A stretch of DNA of 64,000 nucleotides. Origin: Phyllobates terribilis. Taxonomy: Eukaryota. Below the pieces are notes generated by a model that was not told the origin of the DNA, made no database searches, and saw only the letters and a program-made list of their open reading frames with translations. The DNA is taken from positions 389,918,001-389,982,000 of the forward strand of contig NW_027362765.1 of the NCBI RefSeq assembly GCF_046119375.1. Reading direction: 5' to 3'. This document shows positions 57,401 through 64,000 of this stretch, one piece after another; within the stretch, counting starts at the first letter, position 1; each line of letters begins with the position of its first letter. The position numbers were made by a program, and so were the translations under genes.

Positions 57401-59422
57401 TCCTTTCTATATTCTTTGTTTTTAACTTTTTGCTTTTCTTTTGCAGGTTGAAGTGTACAAAAGTTTTCGTCCAGGAGACATAGTTGTAGCAAGAGTTGTA
57501 TCCTTTTTTATAGAAATATATAAAATTGACAGCATCTCCTTAGTTCTCCCCATGAGTATGAGAAAGGTGCTGGTCCCCAATAATTATTATTTTTATTCTT
57601 TTAGCACAGCTTTGTTACTGGTCACGTCCGATCACCCGACTGACAAGTTTGTTGAGTGTGATGTGTTTTGTATACCGGTTTAGAAATCCGTGTTCTTGGA
57701 AGCACATTACTGCGTGCTGCCGAGAGCACTGATATTCCATCCATCGGATTGGCAATCATTCAGTGCACTTGGGATGTTCGTCGGACGATCGGCTTGGCGT
57801 GTCTGTGATTGGCAGTCGTGCCGTGTAATGCAGCATTTGCCGGCGCTTCCTTACATCACACCCAGATATCTCTAGGAGACGCCCAGTCCAATTATCTGCT
57901 GACGACGGCGGAGAATGAGTTAGGAGTGGTGGTTGCACATAGTGAAGCCGGTGAGTGGAAATATGTCATGGACATCCTTGCACCAGCATGCGCTGTGTAT
58001 TCACCCTGCCCGCCCATGTACAGAGGAAAGCGGCAGCTAAGATCCTATGCGAAATGTACCACAGGGATTGTCCACCTTTTGGTGATACATTTCTTTTTTT
58101 TTTTTGCTTAAATGCAGATTTATTGGGGGTTAAAAATCTTTTTTTTTAGAATTGAGTCCCTTTAAAAAATGTTGCACCGTTTGCCTTCTATAGCCTCCGC
58201 GCTTCACTGTACTGCTGGCTGCAGAAGGAGTTAACTGAGGAACCATAAGTGAGCTCAGAGTTTCTAACTATGTTGCATTTTTCTTTCTGAGCCCCTCTCA
58301 GTTGATTTACAACCACATCTAATATGCAGGGAAGCAAAGAGCCTGTAAAAGTCAAACGATGCAGAATTTTTTATGAAAACCCAATTGCAAAAAAAAATGT
58401 ATTTCAGGCTACAAAAAAATATATTTTTTTGTAGCCTGAAATACATGCATTTAAGTGAGAAGTAAAAAAAAAAAAAACGTTTTAAACGCACTGTTTTGAG
58501 GCTTTTTTTCCCACTTGTAGCTGTCATGGGTGTGTCGCCACGAAGATCGTCGCGACTACACAGCCTGACTTCTCGCAGCTGAGTTTTTGGTGCTTTGTGT
58601 TTTTTGGTTGTGAGGGAGTTAATTCTCTCTCTCTGTGCTTGAGGAGGCTCAGCCTCGCCCAGCTGCAGTTAATGCTGCAGTATTGGGATTCCTTCAAATA
58701 CCTGCTGGTCTGTTAGGGAAGTTGTCGGTGAAAGCATTTCTTGCAGACCTTCAGAGTGGATCGTTGTTTGGTGGAGTTCGGAGCGAGGAGTATGCGGTGT
58801 GGTTTGTTCCCATCCTCCCTTTATCATTTATCTCCTAACCTGTTGTTGTTCCCTCTGTAATTGTGGTGTTAGTTTTTGTATGCAAGGTGGTTTTTGGTTT
58901 TCCCCTTGTACTGTCTCGTTTGTCTAGTACTGTGTTTTGGGCATTTTCTATCCTGTTCCCCATTGTTGTGATCGGGGTCCTTCTCAGGACTAGATTACTT
59001 AGGTTCAGGGATATTCAGGAGTTTAGGGTTACGCTGGTGGCCTGGACCTCTGTACCATTAACAGTACCTCCAGGTTGAGGGATTAGTCAGGGCCCCGTCT
59101 AGGGTCAGCTCAGGCCCCTGACCCCCCTGTACGCTGAGACAGCGTGACAGTAGCATATTTTAAGCATGAGGTTTTCTCATAGACTTTTCTACAGAAAAAA
59201 TACACGTGCCAATTAAAAGAAAGGGAAAAAATGCTTAAAATTCTGTTTACAAGTTGCAAAAACAATGTGTATGAATAAGACCAGTTTTTAAAATGTAAAT
59301 TCCTTACTTTTCCAGGGGCGACCATGGTGCCGATCAGCTGGTGTGAGATGCAATGTCCGAAGACTCACATGAAGGAGCCTCGGAAAGTGGCCCGAGTGCA
59401 GCCCGAGTTTCTCCAGACATAA
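51432..59422 (+). CDS. EXOSC1: Exosome complex component CSL4 (194 aa): join(51432..51459,52869..52984,53533..53607,55916..56004,56303..56336,57447..57497,57866..57950,59316..59422)
   Basis: [10 protein letters not shown]|[16 protein letters not shown]|[12 protein letters not shown]|[17 protein letters not shown]|[11 protein letters not shown]|[17 protein letters not shown]|[29 protein letters not shown]|..[22 protein letters not shown]. 585 nt, all phases consistent. Confidence 0.96.
52215..52658. mobile_element. TTAA-flanked palindromic MITE (T2/Kolobok-like)
   Basis: TTAA|AGAAGCACTCCTCCTCCCATCAAAG ... CTTTGATGGGAGGAGGAGGAGTGCTTCT|TTAA; long imperfect arms. Confidence 0.8.
52869..52984 (+). 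CDS. EXOSC1: EXOSC1 exon 2
   Basis: 116 nt; [29 protein letters not shown]. Confidence 0.95.
53533..53607 (+). CDS. EXOSC1: EXOSC1 exon 3
   Basis: 75 nt; [25 protein letters not shown]. Confidence 0.95.
53776..55325 (+). mobile_element. Tc1-like transposon, 1550 bp, both TIRs and TA TSDs present; transposase pseudogene
   Basis: TA|CACTGCTCAAAAAAATAAAGGGAACACT ... TTTTTTTGAGCAGTG|TA. ORF 54393-55067 has FTDESRF, QDNARPH and DLNSIE (D-34-E). The N-terminal part is broken by deletions and a TGA at 54381. Confidence 0.94.
55916..56004 (+). CDS. EXOSC1: EXOSC1 exon 4
   Basis: 89 nt; [17 protein letters not shown]. Confidence 0.95.
56303..56336 (+). CDS. EXOSC1: EXOSC1 exon 5
   Basis: 34 nt; [11 protein letters not shown]. 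Confidence 0.93.
57447..57497 (+). CDS. EXOSC1: EXOSC1 exon 6
   Basis: 51 nt; followed by GTATCCTTT. Confidence 0.95.
57498..57865 (+). other. U12-type (minor spliceosome) GT-AG intron of EXOSC1
   Basis: 5' site GTATCCTTT. Branch-like TTCCTTAC at 57847-57854, 12 nt before the 3' end. No long polypyrimidine tract. Confidence 0.85.
57866..57950 (+). CDS. EXOSC1: EXOSC1 exon 7
   Basis: 85 nt; [28 protein letters not shown]. Confidence 0.95.
58522..59149. mobile_element. Solo LTR (628 bp) in EXOSC1 intron 7
   Basis: TGTCA...TGACA termini; 5-bp TSD GTAGC at 58517-58521 and 59150-59154. Confidence 0.85.
59316..59422 (+). CDS. EXOSC1: EXOSC1 exon 8 (coding part)
   Basis: [34 protein letters not shown]. 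Confidence 0.95.
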
Positions 59423-60059
59423 TAAAATTACTGTGTGCTTGTGTCTCACTGATTGGTCAGTTACAATATATTTACCACCATGTGGTTACATTAAAGAGGC
59501 GAGTCACTTTTTTTTTTTAACTTTTAATTTTCTTAAATTTTTTATTTCATCGCCTGTAGAATTTCCTACTTTTCGTATACACATTAAATTGTTTTATGCC
59601 TTTTTAACCTCGTTTTCCTTTTGTACTTTTATAGAGTTGGCAATTAAACAGTGTTATACGGCCTCCATTATCTGATCAATGTGAACACTGCCAATCACAA
59701 AAATCTACGGCGAGCAGAGCTCGGGAGGCCGTTTCGGCTGCGCGCTTGTTTTTCAACAAGGCAAGCGCAGTCTTCAAGTTTAGTCATGGCCGACTTCTTG
59801 TTCTTTTACAATCTTTTCAGTAGTTTCCTTTTTACATTTTGCTAAAAGGTACGAACCCATATATAAAGGGATGGGGTTTTCCTATTGAAAATTTTACTAA
59901 AAAAAAATGCATTCAGCATGCAGAATCTGCAATGTAGTATTTGTGCAGCAGTTACAATTATAATACTTTGGGAAGAATGGTGTAAAGTAAGAAGAATGCT
60001 TTCATAAATAAAAGTTTAATAGTTTGCATTTTGTTAATTGATAAAAGTGAATGAAATAT

Positions 60060-60415
60060 AAATCCCATCAATATATGGCGCCACCCGTCGCCTTGATCAC
60101 TTCTAGTCACTTGTACACAGTTTTTGAAAGAATTTAGCAGTAGGTTGTTCCAAACATCTTGGAGGACTGACCCCAGATCTCCTGTGTATAAGGCTTGTGC
60201 GGATCCTTCTGTCTCTCCATGTGATCCCAGATTGACTGGATGATGTGAGATCAGGACAACATGGGGCCGGATCATCACTTCCAGGACTCCTCGTTCTCAA
60301 TGACATTGGCTGGATGTTTGGAGTAGTTGTCCAGCTGCAAAATAAATTTGGAGCCAATCAAACGCCTCTCTGATGATATTACATGATGGATGAGTATCTG
60401 CCTGTATTTCTCAGG
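60060..60415 (-). mobile_element. Degenerate Tc1 transposase 3' fragment
   Basis: Minus-strand translation resembles ..RLIGSKFILQLDN..SPDL..; multiple frameshifts. Confidence 0.55.
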
Positions 60416-61112
60416 ACCATAGTCACAGTGATCGTACCTCTATGTAGTGTGACTATTTATGACACTGCATTGTAGGTAAAAGCCTGTATAGACGGAGTCA
60501 ACTTATAAAATTTGAACTGCCGGCAGCTACCACTAGAGGGAGCTCATTACACACTTATTAGAGTTAAAAGTGCACCTAAACTTTGTGGTCCCTTTAATTC
60601 TCTGCAGATCAGTGGGGGTCTGGATTTTGAGATCCCCATGATTGCTCATGAGGCAGAAGAGCCTGAGCAGAGTACAGATGCAGTGTGCAGGCAGGAGGAG
60701 AGCTTGTTGACTGCTGGGGTCCGTCTGATCAGCGTAACGGGGGGGCTTTTATCCCTGTTAGAATGAAGCAGTAGTGTGCATGCTCAAGTTCCCCTCCGTT
60801 TTTTTTTTGTTCATTCCTATGGAGCTTCCTAATAGAGAATGAATGGAGAATTGGTCAGGCATCTATATGCCCACTCCATTCTGGTGGGCATAAAGGTGTC
60901 CCATCGATGATAACAATTCCTTGTTCTGCCGATCAGTGTGCAGCCCAGTGGTCAGACCGCCACCAATGTGTAAGTGATCGCCTCTCTGGTGGATAGCCGA
61001 TAAAGGGGTTGTCCAGTAAAAACAAGTTAAGGGCTTAAAAGATGTAAAATAATGCACCAAAGTTTGTAAAGTAGCAAGTTGTGTGCGGCTCGCTTTTTAG
61101 GTCATCATTTTT

Positions 61113-61348
61113 GCAGCACAGTGGCTCAGTGGTTAGCACTGGATGGTGGCTCGGTGGTTATCACTGCAGCTTTGCAGCACTGGGGTCCTGGGTTCAAATT
61201 CCACCAAGGACAACATCTGTAAGGAGTTTGTGTGGTTCCCCTTATTTGCTTGGGTTTCCTCCCACTCTCCAAAGACTGATAGGGAATGTAGATTGTGAGC
61301 CCCAATGGGGACAGTGATGATAATGTCTGTTAAGTGCTGTGGAATGGC
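61113..61348 (+). mobile_element. V-SINE-like copy with a duplicated A-box segment
   Basis: GCAGCACAGTGGCTCAGTGGTTAGCACT then GGTGGCTCGGTGGTTATCACT; GGGTTCAAAT B box; shared tail. Confidence 0.82.
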
Positions 61349-62829
61349 GCTATATAAGTAAAATAAATATTTGTGGTTATTACTATGGCAATCGAGAAAT
61401 TTCCAGCGACCGACAAACATTCCATAAGGGGTTTTTGTACTTCTCGGTCAACTTATGGATCAAGGAGCCAAATTGCAATAAAGGCCAGTGTGGGTGGGTG
61501 CAGGAGCTGCCCTGACATTGAATATATTCTGGTCCATAGAATAATGGTGCTAACTCGGCCATGTCTGCTGGCTGTAATGGGTCGATGGCACACACAGACC
61601 GAATACATGTAAGAATCCCTATCGGATCTGCAGGATTGACTCCTAATATGTTTTATATCACATAGTCCTGTAAATGTTTACACCGACCGATTAACCGGAC
61701 CCCCTAATGTGCCCACTGCAACTGCAGATTCTCAATGACATCCTCCATTAAGTCCGGGGAGAACAAAAGGATCGACGGCTGAAATTCCAATAGTCGGATC
61801 CTCTCCCCTGACATAATCGAGAGGACCCCATATGCATTAAAGGGTCGACTTTAGACTCTTCCGTCCAGGTAGAGACCGACCCTAGAATAGTCTAAAACTG
61901 ACATGTAAGGGTCTCGCGTCTACGCGTTTCAGGCTATGGAGCTCTTAGTCCTGACTGCTCCACAGCTTGAGACATGTAGACCCGTGTCCTTTTTATCTCC
62001 CTCCTCTATGTCACCCCTTCTTCCACTTTATTGATATGTTTTTGCAAAAAAAGTTTTTGAATAGTTTTTCATTAAAAGTCATGTTTTAAACTTCTAATCC
62101 TTGGTGGATGCAGGAACCCTCTGGGTTTCTTTTTTCTCTGCTACTGCCCAGCTGCCGGTCTGGAGTCCGTGCACCGCACTCTTCATATGGAGGCCTCCAA
62201 CCATCTGCACTTGGTGAGCTGAATATTTCCTTTTCACCCATAAGAGAAGACCAATACAACTAAAGGCCTGTGGTCGCTCGGGGTACTGTTTTTTTTGCAC
62301 CTTTTGGGTGCATTTTTTTTTTATATTATATGCATGCATTTTAGGTGAAAAATAATTTTTGCAATTTGGTTTAATTAAAAATGTTGCACCGTTTAACCTT
62401 GTTTCCTGACACACTCAGCACTGATGTAGTCTATGGTCATAAATCAGCTCAGAAAAGGACATAAAAGAGTGACAAACATCCCTGTCATGGCAAGCTCACT
62501 GACCGATTCTCAGTCAACTCTTAAGTCCGTAGCCAACAATAGATCGTGAAGCACAGAGGTTACGGAAGACGAACAATGCAAATTTTCTAATGAAACCATA
62601 TTGCAAAAATGAATTTTAGCCCCAAATACATGGATTTAAGTGAAGAAAAAAAAAAGTTCCCAAAAGTCCCCAATCCCTATAATAAGTTATGGCTCTTGGG
62701 AGTTGGTTATTTATATACCACCTATTTTATATAGGTTTCTGGGTCAGCAAACGTAAACTACCCAAATTTGATTCCCATATAATGCTATAGTCAGTAATCA
62801 GCTTCTGTTCTCTGGTAGCAGCAGCCTTC

Positions 62830-63190
62830 TGAAAGGTTTCCATTCTGCGCATGCGTACTATAGATCATAAGCCATGAAGCGCATGCGTTGCCTATAGCGA
62901 CTTAATACCGGCTTTCACTGGGCATGCGTAGTAATGTCACCGAGTTGCCGGGTTGTTGTGCGCATGCTCGGTAGGCATGGCTCCGGCCGATGTCGGGTAA
63001 AATCGCTGTGACATCCGGTTCTTGTAGGTGCCCGGGAGTCAGAATGACGGGAGCGAGGTGGAGACCATGAGCAGCCGGGCAGGTGAGGAGCGGGCACCGG
63101 GGAAAACATGGAGGAGGCGACTCTGCGTCACCGGCAACATTCTACCATTCTCCCACACAATGTAACCGCGGAGGCCGGTAACTCCTGCAC
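62830..63190 (+). promoter_or_regulatory. CpG-island-like promoter and candidate first exon of a downstream gene (ZDHHC16 expected by synteny; unverified)
   Basis: Four GCGCATGCG-like NRF1 motifs (62846, 62879, 62921, 62959); CpG-dense; donor-like CAG|GTGAGG after 63082 and CCG|GTAACT after 63177. Confidence 0.55.
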
Positions 63191-63546
63191 TGCCGGACGG
63201 ATTTATATTGGTTTCTCTTTCGTTTTTTTTTCCTCTCTTTCTTTCAACAAAGAGACAAAACTTTTATATATATATATTTTCACTTTGCCATATGAGGTTT
63301 TTTTTATTTTTTTTTACAGCTTGTTTTGTTTTACACCGTTCATATCACTATAATGTGCTGGAAAAAAAAAATTCTAATTGTGGAGAAATGGTTAAAAACA
63401 ATGATGTAATTCCGCCATTTTTTTGTGGGTTTTTAAGCCGCTCATTGTGCAGGTAAAAGTGACCCAATTCTCCACTTGTATATTTTATTATTTTAGTTGT
63501 TAAAAGTTTAGAAATTTTTAAATAAATCAATGAATAATTTTCTCCT

Positions 63547-64000
63547 TCACACTTTGCTTTGGTCACAGAATGCTCCTTTGCAGCAATTCCAGCATTGCAG
63601 ACCTTTGGCTTCTAGCTGGTAATTTGCTGAGGTAATCTTGAGACTTTTCCCCCCATGCTTCCTGAAGCCCCTCCACAACTTGGATTGGCTTGATGGGCAC
63701 TTTTTGTGCACCATACGGTCATGCTGCTCCCACAACAGCTCAATGGGGTTGAGATCTGGTGACGGCGCTGGCCACTCCATTACAGATAGAATACCAGCTG
63801 CCTGCTTCTTCCCTAAATAGTTCATGCATAATTTGGAGGTGTGCTTTGGATCATTGTCCTGTTGTAGGATGAAATTGGCTCCAATCAAGCGCTGTCCACA
63901 GGGTATGGCATGGCGCTGCAATATGGAGTGATAGCCTTCCTTATTCAAAATCCCATTTACCTTGTACAAATCTCCCACTTTACCAGCACCAAAGCAACCC
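63547..64000 (-). mobile_element. Tc1-like transposase, C-terminal half (element continues right of the window)
   Basis: GILNKEGYHSILQRHAIPCGQRLIGANFILQQDNDPKHTS...SPDLNPIE; frameshifted near the end. Confidence 0.88.

Noticed and set aside
59300-59315. TTCCTTAC before the last EXOSC1 acceptor suggesting a second U12 intron
   Set aside because: The donor of that intron is GTGAGT (U2 type), and the motif fits an ordinary branch and pyrimidine tract.
63108-63353. 81-aa ORF MEEATLRH... as a gene
   Set aside because: No recognisable similarity, and it runs into T-rich repeat sequence; kept only as a possible first exon or uORF.

Overview
Vertebrate genomic DNA, very probably a frog; this is inferred from gene content and repeat families and is not proven. 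The window is repeat-dense and has one 207-N gap. Four spliced genes could be rebuilt by hand from splice sites and protein similarity. (1) The 5' end of RRP12 on the minus strand (coding exons 1-3; the rest lies left of the window). (2) A multi-exon CDC25-family phosphatase on the plus strand (18813-32300) with an intact HCEFSSER active site; the ORF track mostly misses it. It is probably the non-mammalian cdc25d paralog and sits between RRP12 and PGAM1, where human has no gene. (3) A complete PGAM1 (+, 4 exons, 254 aa). (4) A complete EXOSC1 (+, 8 exons, 194 aa) with a U12-type intron; it is oriented opposite to the human arrangement. A further CpG/NRF1-rich promoter with a candidate first exon lies at about 62.8-63.2 kb. 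The rest is mobile and tandem DNA: several Tc1/mariner elements, a hAT element carrying a 2.3-kb G-rich minisatellite, Harbinger- and TTAA-type MITEs, V-SINE-like copies, a solo LTR, 90-bp, 38/39-bp and 39-bp minisatellites, and a hairpin-unit satellite with higher-order structure. All very long ORFs in the track are repeat artefacts.
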